A stretch of DNA of 64,000 nt, taken from assembly GCA_030390025.1 (NCBI GenBank), contig JASTWF010000322.1, forward strand, positions 62,001-126,000. Reading direction: 5' to 3'. This document shows, piece by piece, positions 24,010 to 36,427 of this stretch. Every line of letters starts with the position of its first letter. Within the stretch, counting starts at the first letter, position 1. The notes below the pieces were generated by a model, which worked only from the letters and a program-made list of their open reading frames with translations, was not told where the DNA came from and made no database searches. A program made the position numbers and the translations under genes. The stretch is from Squalus acanthias. Taxonomy: Eukaryota.

Positions 24010-25980
24010 TGTTCCACAGGAACAGGAGGAGGCCCATTCAGCCCCTCGAGCCTGTTCCACAGGAACAGGAGGAGGCCCATTCAGCCCCTCGAGCCTGTTA
24101 CACAGGAACAGGAGGAGGCCCATTCAGCCCCTCGAGCCTGTTACACAGGAACAGGAGGAGGCCCATTCAGCCCCTCGAGCCTGTTACACGGGAACAGGAG
24201 GAGGCCCATTCAGCCCCCTCGAGCCTGTTACACAGGAACCAGAGGAGCCCCATTTAGCCCCTCGAGGCTGTTACACAGGAACAGGAGGAGGCCCATTCAG
24301 CCCCTCGAGCCTGTTACACAGGAACAGGAGGAGGCCCATTCAGCCCCTCGAGCCTGTTACACAGGAACAGGAGGAGGCCCATTCAGCCCCTCGAGCCTGT
24401 TACACAGGAACAGGAGGACGCCCATTCAGCCCCTCGAGCCTGTTACACAGGATCAGGAGGAGGCCCATTCAGCCCCTCGAGCCTGTTACACAGGATCAGG
24501 AGGAGGCCCATTCAGCCCCTCTAGCCTGTTACACAGGATCAGGAGGAGGCCCATTTAGCCCCTCGAGCCTGTTACACAGGAACAGGACGAGGCCCATTCA
24601 GCCCCTCGAGCCTGTTACACAGGAACAGGAGGAGGCCCATTCAGCCCCCTCGAGCCTGTTACACAGGAACAGGAGGAGGCCCATTCAGCCCCTCGAGCCT
24701 GTTACACAGGAACAGGAGGACGCCCATTCAGCCCCTCGAGCCTGTTACACAGGATCAGGAGGAGGCCCATTCAGCCCCTCGAGCCTGTTACACAGGATCA
24801 GGAGGAGGCCCATTCAGCCCCTCTAGCCTGTTACACAGGATCAGGAGGAGGCCCATTCAGCCCCTCGAGCCTGTTACACAGGAACAGGAGGAGGCCCATT
24901 CAGCCCCTCGAGCCTGTTACACAAGAACAGGAGGACGCCCATTCAGCCCCTCGAGCCTGTTACACAGGATCAGGAGGAGGCCCATTCAGCCCCTCGAGCC
25001 TGTTACACAGGAACAGGAGGAGGCCCATTCATCCACCTCGAGCCTGTTACAGATGAACAGGAGGAGGCCCATTCATCCACCTCGAGCCCGTTACACAGGA
25101 ACAGGAGGAGGCCCATTCAGCCCCTCGAGCCTGTTACACAGGAACAGGAGGAGGCCCATTCAGCCCCTCGAGCCTGTTACACAGGAACAGGAGGAGGCCC
25201 ATTCAGCCCCCTCGAGCCTGTTACACAGGAACAGGACGAGGCCCATTCAGCCCCTCGAGCCTGTTACACAGGAACAGGAGGAGGCCCATTCAGCCCCCTC
25301 GAGCCTGTTACACAGGAACAGGAGGAGGCCCATTCAGCCCCTCGAGCCTGTTACACAGGAACAGGAGGACGCCCATTCAGCCCCTCGAGCCTGTTACACA
25401 GGATCAGGAGGAGGCCCATTCAGCCCCTCGAGCCTGTTACACAGGATCAGGAGGAGGCCCATTCAGCCCCTCTAGCCTGTTACACAGGATCAGGAGGAGG
25501 CCCATTCAGCCCCTCGAGCCTGTTACACAGGAACAGGAGGAGGCCCATTCAGCCCCTCGAGCCTGTTACACAAGAACAGGAGGACGCCCATTCAGCCCCT
25601 CGAGCCTGTTACACAGGATCAGGAGGAGGCCCATTCAGCCCCTCTAGCCTGTTACACAGGATCAGGAGGAGGCCCATTCAGCCCCTCGAGCCTGTTACAC
25701 AGGAACAGGAGGAGGCCCATTCAGCCCCTCGAGCCTGTTACACAAGAACAGGAGGAGGCCCATTCAGCCCCTCGAGCCTGTTACACAGGATCAGGAGGAG
25801 GCCCATTCAGCCCCTCGAGCCTGTTACACAGGAACAGGAGGAGGCCCATTCATCCACCTCGAGCCTGTTACAGATGAACAGGAGGAGGCCCATTCATCCA
25901 CCTCGAGCCCGTTACACAGGAACAGGAGGAGGCCCATTCAGCCCGTTACACAGGAACAGGAGGAGGCCCATTCAGCCTCT
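24010..25980 (+). repeat. 43-bp CR1-3'UTR-derived minisatellite (~45 copies)
   Basis: Unit CCCCTCGAGCCTGTTACACAGGAACAGGAGGAGGCCCATTCAG. Confidence 0.95.
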
Positions 25981-28900
25981 TCCGCCATTCAATGAGATCA
26001 TGGTTGATCTGTATCTCAACTCCATTCACCCGCCTTGGTTCCGTAACCCTCGACACCCTTTTACCCAACAAAAATCTTTGAATCTCAGTTTTGAAAGCTC
26101 CAATTGACCCCCGGCCTCGACAGCTTTTTGTGGGGAGATAGTTCCAGATTTCCACCACCCTTTGTGTGAAGAAGTGCTTCCTGACATCACCCCTGAACGG
26201 CCTGGCTCTAATTTAAAAGTTTCTGCCCCCCCTTGTTCTGAAGTGATTGCACTAGAGGGGGTACAGAGGAGATTTACGAGGATGTTGCCTGGACTGGAGA
26301 ATTTTAGCGATGAGGACAGATTGGAGAGGCTGGGGTTGTTTTCTTTGGAACAGAGGAGGCTGAGGGGAGATTTAATTGAGGAGTATAAAATGATGAGGGG
26401 CCGAGATAGAGTGGATAGGAAGGACCTATTTCCCTTAGCAGAGGGGTCAATAACCAGGGGGCACAGATTGAAAGTAATTGGTCGAAGGATTAGAGGGGAG
26501 TTGAGGAGAACTTTCTTCACCCAGAGGGTGGTGGGGGTCTGGAACTCACTGCCTGAAAGGGTGGTAGAGGCAGGAACCCTCATTGCATTTAAACAGTACT
26601 TGGATATGCGCTTGAAGTGTCGTAACCTACAGGGCGACGGACCAAGAGCTGGACAGTGGGATTAGGCTGGAGAGCTCTTTGTCGGCCGGCACGGACACGA
26701 TGGGCCGAATGGCCTCGTTCTGTGCTGTAACTTTCTATGATTCTGGACTCCCCCTACCAGAGGAAATAGATTCTCTTGATCTGCTCCATCAACTTCTTTC
26801 AATCATCTGAAACATCTCGATCAGATAGCCCCTTAATAAGATCAGAAATAGGAGCAGGAGTAGGCCATTTGGCCCCTCGAGCCTGTTCCGCCATTCAATG
26901 AGGTCATGGCTGCAGTTGTACAGGGACCTCGGTGAGACCACACCTTGAGTATTGTGTGCAGTTTTGGTCGCCTTATCTGAGGAAGGATGTTCTTGCCATG
27001 GAGGGAGTGCAGCGAAGATTCACCAGGCTGATACCTGGGATGGCAGGAATGACGTATGAAGAGAGATTGGGACGATTGGGCTTATACTCGCTGGAGTTTA
27101 GAAGAATGAGAGGGGATCTCATTGAAACTTATAAAATTCTAACAGGACTAGACAGACTAGATGCAGGAAGGATGTTCCCGATGGTCGGGGAGTCCAGAAC
27201 CAGGGGTCACAGTCTTAGGATAAGGGGTAAGCCATTTAGGACTGAGATGAGGAGGAATTTCTTCACCCAGAGAGTGGTGAACCTGTGGAATTCTCTACCA
27301 CAGAAGGCAGTGGAGGCCAATTCATTAAATATATTCAAGAAGGAGTTAGATATATTTCTTAAGGCTAAAGGGATCAAGGGATATGGGGAGAAGGCAGGGA
27401 CAGGGTACTGAGTTTGGATGATCAGCCATGATCTCATCGAATGGCGGAACAGGCTCGAGGGGCCGAATGGCCTACTCCTGCTCCTATCTTCTATGTTTCT
27501 ACCTCATCTCCACTTTCCTGCACTATCCCCAAACCCCTTGATTCCCGTAATACTGAAAAATCTATCGATCTCAGCCTTGAATATACTCAACGACTGAGCC
27601 TCCACAGCCCTCTGGGGCAGAGAATTCCAAAGATTCACCGCCCTCTGAGTGAAGAAATTCCTCCTCATCTCAGTCCTAAATGGCCGACCCCTTATCCTGA
27701 GACTGTGACCCCTGGTTCGAGACTCTCCAGCCAGGGGGAAACAGCCTCTCAGCATCTACCCTGTCAAGCCCTGTAAAAATTTTGCATGTTTCAATGAGAT
27801 CATAAGAACATAAGAAATAGGAGCAGGAATAGGCCACTTGGACCCTCCAGCCTGCTCCGCCATTCAATAAGATCATGGCTGATCTTGGGCTCAAAGCCAC
27901 TTCCCCGCCCGCTCCCCATAACCCTTCACTCCCTTATCTTGCAAAGATCTGTCTATCTCCACCTTAAATGTATTTAATGACCCAGCCTCCACGGCTCTCT
28001 GGGGCAGAGAATTCCACAGATTTACGACCCTCTGAGAGAAGAAATTCCTCCTCATCTCAGTTCTAAAAGGGCGACCCTTTATTCTGAGACTGTGCCCCCG
28101 AGTTCTAGATTTCCCCACCAGGGGAAACATCCTCTCTGCCTCTACCTTATCGAGCCCCCTCAGTATCTTATATGTTTCAATAAGATCACCTCTCATTCTT
28201 CTAAACTCCAATGAGTATAGGCCCAACCTGCCCAAGCTTTCCTCATAAGTCAACTCCACTCATCTCTGGAATTAACCTAGTGAATCGTCTCTGAACTGCC
28301 TCCAATGCAAATATATCCTTCCTTAAATGAGATCACCTCTTATTCTTCTAAACTCTAGAGAATATAGGCCTAGTCTACTCAATCTCTCCTCACAGGACAA
28401 GCCCCCCATCCCCGGAACCAGTCTGGTGAACCTTGGTTGCAACTCCCTCTATGGCAAGTATATCCTTCCTTAGGTAAGGAGACCAAAACTGTGCACAATA
28501 CTCCAGGTGTGGTCTCACCAGGGCCCTGTATAATTGCAGTAAGACATCTTCACTCTTATACTCAAATCCTCTTGTAATAAAGGCCAACATACCATTTGCT
28601 TTCCTAATTGCTTGCTGTACCTGCATGTTAACTTTCAGTGATTGGTGTACAAGGACACCCAGGTCCCTCTGAACACCAACTTAAGATTAGAAGCAGGAGT
28701 AGGCCATTCGGCCCCTCGAGCCTGCTCCGCCATTTAATGAGATCATGGCTGATCTGATCTTGGCCTCAACTCCACTTTCCCGCCCGCTCCCCATAACCCT
28801 CGACTCCCCGTTCCTCAAAAATCTGTCTATCTCCACCTTGAATATACTCAACGACTGAGCCTCCACAGCCCTCTGGGGTAGAGAATTCCAAAGATTCACA

Positions 28901-30125
28901 ACCCTCAGTGAAGAAATTCCTCCTCATCTCAGTCCTAAATGGCTGACCCCTTATTCTGAGACTGTGACCCCTAGTTCTAGATTCCCTGATGAGGGGAAAC
29001 ATCCTCCCTGCATCTACCCTGTCAATCCCCCTCAGAATCTTATGGGGGAAAAAATTGAGTCGCACCCCAAACATTTCCCAATCTCTCACCATTTAAAAAA
29101 ACTCTGCTTTTCTATTTTTCCTACCAAAGTGGATAACTTCACATTTCTCCTATTTCTCCTCATCTTCTGTACTCGATGGAATACAAGCTTCATCCGTGCA
29201 ACGCGTCCTCTTAACTTAACCATTTCAGAAACATAGAAGATAGGAGCAGGAGTAGGCCATTCGGCCCCTCGAGCCTGCTCCGCCATTCAATGAGATCATG
29301 GCTGATCATCCAAATTCAGTGCCCTGTCCCTGCCTTCTCCCCATATCCCTTGATCCCTTTAGCCTTAAAAAATATATCTAACTCCTTCTTGAATATATTT
29401 AATGAATTGGCCTCTACTGCCTTCTGTGGTAGAGAATTCCACAGGTTCACCACTCTCTGGGTGAAGAAATTCCTCCTCATCTCAGTCCTAAATGGCTTAC
29501 CCCTTATCCTTAGACTGTGACCCCTGGTTCTGGACTCTCCGACCATCGGGAACATCCTTCCTGCATCTAGTCTGTCTAGTCCTGTTAGAATTTTATAAGT
29601 TTTAATGAGATCCCGTCTCATTCTTCTAAACTCTAGTGAATATAAGCCCAATCGACCCAATCTCTCTTCATACCTGCCATCCCAGGTATCAGTCTGGTGA
29701 ATCTTCGCTGCACTCCCTCCATGGCAAGAACATCCTTCCTCAGATAAGGCGACCAAAACTGCACACAATACTCAAGGTGTGGTCTCACCAAGGCCCTGTA
29801 CAACTGCAGCAAGACCTCCTTGCTCCTGTACTCGAACCCTCTCGCTATGAAGGCCAACATACCATTTGCCTTCTTCACCGCCTGCTGCACCTGCATGCTT
29901 ACCTTCAGCGACTGCTGCACAAGGACACCCAGGTCTCGTTGCACTTCCCCTTTTCCCAATCTATTGCCGTTCAGATAATAGTCTGCCTTCCTGTTTTTGC
30001 CACCAAAGTGGATAACCTCGCATTTATCCACGTTATACTGCATCTGCCATGCTTCTGCCCAATCACCCAACCTGTCCAAATCATACTGGAGTTTCTCGGC
30101 ATCCTCCTCGCGGCACACACGCCCA
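25980..30125. mobile_element. Dense pile-up of nested CR1 3' fragments in both orientations
   Basis: CR1 ORF2 C-terminal peptides in ORFs 26162-26665(+), 26932-27411(+), 27504-27755(-), 27891-28259(-), 28390-28626(-), 28766-29092(-), 29316-30160(-). Confidence 0.9.
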
Positions 30126-30151
30126 CCCACCGTTTTTTTTGGTAAACGCAC

Positions 30152-30316
30152 CAGCCACAAAAAACCTCACGGCGTCACGGTGTCCGTGGAAGCAAATCTG
30201 CGCCAACGACAGCAGGCTGTACGGGATGGAGGCGGCCGGTCCTGCCCCTTGCAGCTGCTCCTCCTGACCCGCAGGGGAGCCGTTGGCGATCGTTGGCGCC
30301 GTCCCGGCCTCCGGCT
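30152..30316 (-). CDS. JIP3/4-like exon (EPEAGTAPTIANG...SIPYSLLSLAQICFHGHRDAVRFFVA)
   Basis: TTTCACAG acceptor, GTGCGT donor; IPY..AQ.CFHGHRDAV.FFV motif. Confidence 0.88.
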
Positions 30317-30508
30317 CTGTGAAAGAAATGGCGGCGTTGAGAGCGCGCGATGACATTGGGGTTAAACTAGAACACGGCCCGGCTTAATCCAGCTCCACCC
30401 ACCCCTCTAATTTATTTACGGAGGGGTTAACTGGATTGCCCAGTGTAAACCCCTAGCCCTCTTCCCTGGGCTGCTCCGCTCAAATAATTCAGGCTAAGAC
30501 AACAATAC

Positions 30509-30790
30509 GGGCAACACGGTGGCATAGTGGTTAGTACTGTTGCCTCACAGCGCCAGGGACCCGGGTTCGAATCCGGCCTCGGGTGACTGTGTGTGGAGTT
30601 TGCACATTCTCCCTGTGTCTGCGTGGGTTTCCTCCGGGTGCTCCGGTTTCCTCCCACAGTCCAAAGATGTGCGGGTTAGGTTGATTTGGCTATGATAAAT
30701 TGACCCTTAGTGTTAGGGGGGATTAAATACGTGGGGTTACGGGGATAGGGTGGGATATGTGTCGGTGCAGGCTCGATGGGGATTCTGTGT
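30509..30790 (+). mobile_element. HE1/V-SINE family tRNA-derived SINE
   Basis: A box TGGCATAGTGG, B box GGTTCGAATCC, V-domain GTGGAGTTTGCACATTCTCCC...GGGTTTCCTCCGGGTGCTCCGGTTTCCTCCCACA. Confidence 0.88.
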
Positions 30791-30939
30791 GAGGGGGCAG
30801 GGACAGGGTGCTGGATTTGGATGATCAGCCATGATCGTATTGAATGGTGGAGCAGGCTCGACGGGCCGAATGGCCTGCTCCTAGTTTCTATGTAACAAGT
30901 GGGATTTATTGCTGGACATAAACCACCACAGAAGCAACC

Positions 30940-31470
30940 GTTGTGTTACTGACTATCTCTACTGATGTTAATCCAGCTCCCTCTGTCACCCCTCTCCCCC
31001 AGCTCAGTGTTACTGACTGTATCTCTACTGATGTTAATCCAGCTCCCTCACGCTCTCACTCAGTAACCCCTCTCCCCCAGCGCCCTGTGTTACTGACTGT
31101 ATCTGTACTGATGTTAATCCTGCTCCCTCACACTGTCAATCAGTAACCCCTCTACCCCAGCGCCGTGTTACTGACTATCTCTACTGATGTTAATGCAGCT
31201 CCCTCACACTGTCACTCAGTAACCTCTCTCCCCCAGCGCCCTGTGTTACTGACTGTATCTCTACTGATGTTAATCCAGCTCCCTCACACTGTCACTCAGT
31301 AACCTCTCTCCCCCAGCGCCCTGTGTTACTGACTGTATCTCTACTGATGTTAATCCAGCTCCCTCACACTGTCACTCAGTAACCCCTCTCCCCCAGCGCC
31401 CTGTGTTACTGACTGTATCTCGCCTGATGTTAATCCAGCTTGCGCTCACTGTCTATCAGTAACCCCTGTT
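30940..31470. repeat. 80-bp minisatellite
   Basis: Unit CTGTGTTACTGACTGTATCTCTACTGATGTTAATCCAGCTCCCTCACACTGTCACTCAGTAACCTCTCTCCCCCAGCGCC. Confidence 0.9.
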
Positions 31471-31653
31471 GTTGAGATTTATTTGTGGAGGGGTTAACCG
31501 GATTGCCCATGGTAAACCCCCGTCACCTTCCTGGGTCACTCACCTCAAATAATTCAGGCTAAGACATCAAGGGGGATTTATTGTCAGACATAAGATGCTA
31601 CAGAAGCAAACATTGTTTTACTCGACTGGCGTTACTCCAGCTCCCTCACTCAC

Positions 31654-31767
31654 CAGCAGACAGGGGCAGGGAGACGACAATTCCGGTTCCTGTCCCGATC
31701 CACAGCCGCTTACAGAATATAGACATGGCCGTCACCTGCAGGAAGGACAGCCCAAGAGGGCCAGATC
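31654..31767 (-). CDS. JIP3/4-like exon (GSGPLGLSFLQVTAMSIFCKRLWIGTGTGIVVSLPLSA)
   Basis: CAG acceptor, GTGAGT donor; corresponds to JIP3/4 LGFSFVRITAL...RLWVGTGNGV..S.PL. Confidence 0.88.
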
Positions 31768-31839
31768 CTGCCGAACATGAGAGCAGGCAGTCAGAGCACG
31801 ACACAACAACAGCACATCACCACAGACTCCACCCTCCCC

Positions 31840-33300
31840 CCAACCCCACCTACCCACTTTCTCCTTATATCCCCCACGCCCCCACCCCATCCCCATATCC
31901 CTCACGCCCCCACCTTCTCCCCACATCCCTCGCGCCCCCACCTTCTCCCCACATCCCTCGCGCCCCCACCTTCTCCCCACATCCCTCGCGCCCCCACCTT
32001 CTCCCCACATCCCTCGCGCCCCCACCTCCTCCCCACATCCCTCGCGCCCCCACCTTCTCCCCACATCCCTCGCGCCCCCACCTTCTCCCCATATCCCTCG
32101 CCCCCCACCTCCTCCTCATATCCCTCACGCCCCCACCTCCTCCCCATATCCCTCAACCCCTTCTCCCCATATCCCTCAACCCCACCTTCCCCCATATCCC
32201 TCAACCCCACCTTCCCCCATATCCCTCAACCCCACCTTCCCCCCATGCCCCTCAACCCCACCTTCTCCCCATATCCCTCAACCCCACCTTCCCCCATATC
32301 CCTCAACCCCACCTTCCCCCATATCCCTCAACCCCACCTTCCCCCCATGCCCCTCAACCCCACCTTCTCCCCATATCCCTCAACCCCACCTTCCCCCCAA
32401 TCCCACCTTCTCCCCATATCCCTCAATCCCACCTTCTCCCCATATCCCTCAATCCCACCTTCTCCCCATATCCCTCAATCCCACCTTCTCCCCATATCCC
32501 TCAATCCCACCTTCTCCCCATATCCCTCAATCCCACCTTCTCCCCATATCCCTCAATCCCACCTTCTCCCCATATCCCTCAATCCCACTTTCTCCCCATA
32601 TCCCTCAATCCCACCTTCTCCCCATATCCCTCAATCCCACCTACTCCCCATATCCCTCAACCTCACCTACCCACCTTCTCCCCATATCCCTGAAACCCAC
32701 CCACCCACCTTCTCCCCATATCCCTCAATCCCACCTACTCCCCATATCCCTCAACCTCACCCACCTTCTCCCCATATCCCCCAACCCCACCTACCCACCT
32801 TCTCCCCATATCCCTCAACCCCACCTTCCCCCCATGCCCCTCAACCCTACCTTCTCCCCATATCCCTCAATCCCACCTTCTCCCCATATCCCTCAATCCC
32901 ACCGACCCACCTTCTCCCCATATCCCTCAATCCCACCTTCTCCCCATATCCCTCAATCCCACCGACCCACCTTCTCCCCATATCCCTCAATCCCACCTAC
33001 TCCCCATATCCCTCAATCCCACCGACCCACCTTCTCCCCATATCCCTCAATCCCACCTTCTCCCCATATCCCTCAATCCCACCGACCCACCTTCTCCCCA
33101 TATCCCTCAATCCCACCTTCTCCCCATATCCCTCAATCCCACCTACCCACCTTCTCCCCATATCCCTCAACCTCACCTACCCACCTTCTCCCCATATCCC
33201 CCAACCCCACCTACCCACCTTCTCCCCATATCCCTCAACCCCACCTACCCACCTTCTCCCCATATCCCCCAACCCCACCCACCCACCTTCTCCCCATAGC
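31840..33300. repeat. C-rich ~26-bp minisatellite (CCACCTTCTCCCCATATCCCTCAATC)
   Basis: Direct inspection. Confidence 0.92.
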
Positions 33301-33350
33301 CAGAGACACAGAGACAGGCGCTCGCCCTGCCCTCCTCCCCAATCACTCAC

Positions 33351-33522
33351 CGAACATGCTGCTCACGAAGGGCTGGATGTCGACCTCCTGCAGCGGCTGT
33401 CCCGAGCGAGCGTGGAAGAGACGGAGTGTGGATTCCAGCCGCACCGAGACCCAGACCCCCTGCCCCAGACAGGCCAGGTGGCGGACCTGGCTCTCCACCC
33501 GGAGAGACACCTCGAACCATTT
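33351..33522 (-). CDS. JIP3/4-like exon ([57 protein letters not shown])
   Basis: TAG acceptor, GTGAGT donor; ESQVR.LA..G.GVWVS.RL.STLRL.HA motif of the JIP3/4 WD40-like region. Confidence 0.9.
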
Positions 33523-33544
33523 CTACAGCGGAGACACACTGTGA

Positions 33545-33961
33545 GACATCAAACACTCCCAGGGCAGGTTCAGCACGGGTTAGATACAGAGTAACGCTCC
33601 CTCTACACTGTCCCCATCAAACACTCCCAGGGCAGGTTCAGCACGGGTTAGATACAGAGTAAAGCTCCCTCTACACTGTCCCATCAAACACTCCCAGGGC
33701 AGGTACAGCACGGGGTTAGATACAGAGTAAAGCTCCCTCTACACTGTCCCATCAAACACTCCCAGGGCAGGTACAGAATGGGTTAGATACAGAGTAAAGC
33801 TCCCTCTACACTGTCCCATCAAACACTCCCAGGGCAGGTACAGAATGGGTTAGATACAGAGTAAAGCTCCCTCTACACTGTCCCATCAAACACTCCCAGC
33901 GCAGGTACAGCACGGGTTAGATACAGAGTAAAGCTCCCTCTACACTGTCCCATCAAACACT
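33545..33961 (-). repeat. ~68-bp minisatellite, left part (continues 37155-37455 after the PLE insertion)
   Basis: Unit GGGTTAGATACAGAGTAAAGCTCCCTCTACACTGTCCCATCAAACACTCCCAGGGCAGGTACAGCAC. Confidence 0.92.
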
Positions 33962-34008
33962 GAGAGGTCGCACAACACCAGGTTATAGTCCAACAGTTTT
34001 ATTTGAAA

Positions 34009-34050
34009 TCACAAGCTTTCGGAGCTATCGATCGCCCCTTCCTCAGGTGA
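34009..34050 (-). ncRNA. Minimal type I hammerhead ribozyme motif (PLE pLTR)
   Basis: TCAC-CTGAGGA-A-GGGGC/GCTCC stem II-GAAA-GCTT-GTGA on the minus strand. Confidence 0.7.
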
Positions 34051-34384
34051 AGTAGTAAAGAAATACAGACTCGACAAAGCATATATAGATAGAGAACAAT
34101 GCATGTGTACCTTACAATTGCAGACAACTAAATTAAATCATCCTGACTATCTGCCGAGGTGTGATAAAGTTAATCAGGTCAGCCAGGAAGGTACCACATC
34201 AAAGACATAGCAAGATACAACTGAGACAATGAGGTGGAGTCGCAGGGGGTCTAACGTGTCAAAAGCTGCCGTCTGTATGTAAAACGATAAGCTGTAAAAT
34301 TTTTTTACTTTTTTACTGGGAAAATTTTTACTTTTTTACTGGGAATCACATCTGTGAACAAGCCAACGACGACTCGAGTCCGGA

Positions 34385-36427
34385 TCACGTCATGTATCGT
34401 GACATAAACCCAAGATCCCGGTTGAGACCGTCTTCATGAGTGCGGAACTTGGCTATCAGTTTCTGCTCGATGATTTTGCGCTGTCGTGTGTTCCTAAGGT
34501 TGCCTTGGAATACGCTTACCCGCAGATCCGAGGTTGAATGTCCTTGACTGCTGAAGTGTTCCCCGACTGGGAGGTAACAATCCTGCCTGGTGATTGTTGC
34601 GCGGTGCTCGTTCATACGTTGTCTCAGTGTCTGCATGGTCTCGCCGATGTACCATGCCGCGGTGCATTCTTTCCTGCAACGTATGAGGTAGACAACGTTG
34701 GCCGAGTCACATGAGTATGTACCATGTACCTGGTGGGTAGTGTCCTCACGTGTGATGGTGGTATCTGTGTTGATGATCTGGCATGTCTTGCAGAGTTTGC
34801 CGTGGCAGGGTTGTGTGGTGTCGTGGTCGCTGTTATCCTGAAAGCTGGGTAATTTGCTGCGAACGATGGTACTTCTGAGGTTAGGCGGCTGTTTGAAGGC
34901 AAGTAGTGGAGGCGTGGGTATGGCCTTAGCGAGGTGTTTGTCGTCATCGATGACATGTTGAAGGCTGCGAAGAACATGGCGTAGTTTCTCTGCTCCGGGG
35001 AAGTACTGGACGACGTAGGGTACCCTGTTGGTTGTGTCCCATGTTTGCCTTCTGAGGAGGTCTATGCGATTTTTCGCTGTGGCCCGTCGGAACTGTCGAT
35101 CGATGAGTCGAGCGTCATATCCCGTTCTTACGAGGGCGTTTTTCAGCGTCCGTAGGTGTCCATCGCGTTCCTCCTCGTCTGAGCAGATCCTGTGTATTCG
35201 CAGGGCTTGTCCATAGGGGATGGCTTCTTTAACGTGGTTAGGGTGGAAGCTGGAGAAGTGGAGCATCGTGAGGTTGTCCGTGGGCTTGCGGTAGAGTGAA
35301 GTGCTGAGGTGTCCGTCTTTGATGGAGATTCGTGTGTCCAGGAATGAAACCGATTCTGAGGAGTAATCCATGGTGAGTTTGATGGTGGGATGGAACTTGT
35401 TTATGTTATCGTGTAGTCTTTTCAGTGATCCTTCGCCATGGGTCCAAAGGAAGAAAATGTCGTCGATGTATCTGGTGTACAGTGTTGGCTGGAGGTCCTG
35501 TGCAGCGAGGAAGTCTTGCTCGAACTTGTGCATGAAGATGTTGGCGTATTGGGGTGCGAATTTGGTCCCCATGGCTGTTCCGTGTGTTTGGGTAAAAAAA
35601 TGGTTGTCGAAGGTGAAGACATTGTGGTCAAGGATGAAGCGGATGAGTTGTAGGATGGCGTCTGGAGATTGGCTGTTGTTGGTGTTGAGTACTGAGGCTG
35701 TCGCAGCGATGCCGTCATCGTGGGGGATACTGGTGTAGAGTGCCGATACGTCCATCGTGGCGAGGAGTGTTCCTGGTTCAACTGGTCCGTGGGTGCTGAG
35801 TTTCTGTAAGAAGTCTGTAGTGTCGCGACAGAAGCTGGGGGTTCCCTGTACGATGGGTTTCAGAATGCCCTCGACGTATCCAGAGAGGTTCTCACACAGG
35901 GTTCCATTGCCTGATACGATAGGACATCCGGGTGTGTTGGCTTTGTGTATCTTTGGGAGGCAGTAGAAGTCTCCCACGCGGGGAGTACGTGGGATGAGAG
36001 CGCGTAGGATGTTTTGAAGGTCTGGATCGAAGGTCTTGATCAGTCTATTGAGTTGGCGGGTGTGTTCTTTGGTTGGATCTGCGGGTAGCTGTCTGTAGTG
36101 TTCCTGGTTGTCCAGTTGTCGGTATGCTTCTTTACAATAGTCCGTTCTGTTCTGTATGACGATGGCTCCTCCTTTGTCCGCTGGTTTGATGACGATGTTG
36201 CGGTTGGTCTTGAGAGCGTGGATGGCGTTGCGTTGTGCTCGGGTGACATTCTGGACTGTCTTGTGAGTGCGGCTGATGAATCTGGCGTTGATGCATCTCC
36301 TGACCGCTTGAGCATACATGTCAAGCTTGGGGCATCGACCCTCCGGAGGGGTCCAGTTTGACTCTTTTTTCTTCGGTTGCTGCACTGCGAGTCCCTCTGT
36401 CTGCTGTTCTGGATCATTGATTGTCTC
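34385..36427 (-). CDS. PLE ORF: reverse transcriptase + Cys-rich linker + GIY-YIG endonuclease (5'-truncated, uninterrupted)
   Basis: IKPADKGG, LPKIHK, MDVSALYTSIP, GTAMGTKFAP, RYIDDIF, PCHGKLCKTC, NVVYLIRC...WYIGET, R.NEH, GLN. The first ~25 aa of the track ORF come from the inverted arm. Confidence 0.9.
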   Translation of the reverse strand, partial: ETINDPEQQTEGLAVQQPKKKESNWTPPEGRCPKLDMYAQAVRRCINARFISRTHKTVQNVTRAQRNAIHALKTNRNIVIKPADKGGAIVIQNRTDYCKEAYRQLDNQEHYRQLPADPTKEHTRQLNRLIKTFDPDLQNILRALIPRTPRVGDFYCLPKIHKANTPGCPIVSGNGTLCENLSGYVEGILKPIVQGTPSFCRDTTDFLQKLSTHGPVEPGTLLATMDVSALYTSIPHDDGIAATASVLNTNNSQSPDAILQLIRFILDHNVFTFDNHFFTQTHGTAMGTKFAPQYANIFMHKFEQDFLAAQDLQPTLYTRYIDDIFFLWTHGEGSLKRLHDNINKFHPTIKLTMDYSSESVSFLDTRISIKDGHLSTSLYRKPTDNLTMLHFSSFHPNHVKEAIPYGQALRIHRICSDEEERDGHLRTLKNALVRTGYDARLIDRQFRRATAKNRIDLLRRQTWDTTNRVPYVVQYFPGAEKLRHVLRSLQHVIDDDKHLAKAIPTPPLLAFKQPPNLRSTIVRSKLPSFQDNSDHDTTQPCHGKLCKTCQIINTDTTITREDTTHQVHGTYSCDSANVVYLIRCRKECTAAWYIGETMQTLRQRMNEHRATITRQDCYLPVGEHFSSQGHSTSDLRVSVFQGNLRNTRQRKIIEQKLIAKFRTHEDGLNRDLGFMSRYMT

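Noticed and set aside
24010..25980. CRISPR-like appearance of regular 43-bp (and 50-, 68-bp) repeats
   Set aside because: Head-to-tail repeats with no unique spacers, no cas genes, eukaryotic context.
30509..30585. tRNA gene (A and B boxes; also ~40742)
   Set aside because: No acceptor stem or terminator; it continues into the V-SINE core, so it is a SINE head.
31477..31612. H/ACA snoRNA in the JIP-like intron
   Set aside because: The terminal ACA is present in only one of the two copies, and there is no convincing first hairpin or H box.
31581..33594. Extensin-like Pro-rich ORFs (370 and 605 aa)
   Set aside because: Translations of a C-rich minisatellite, antisense to real exons.
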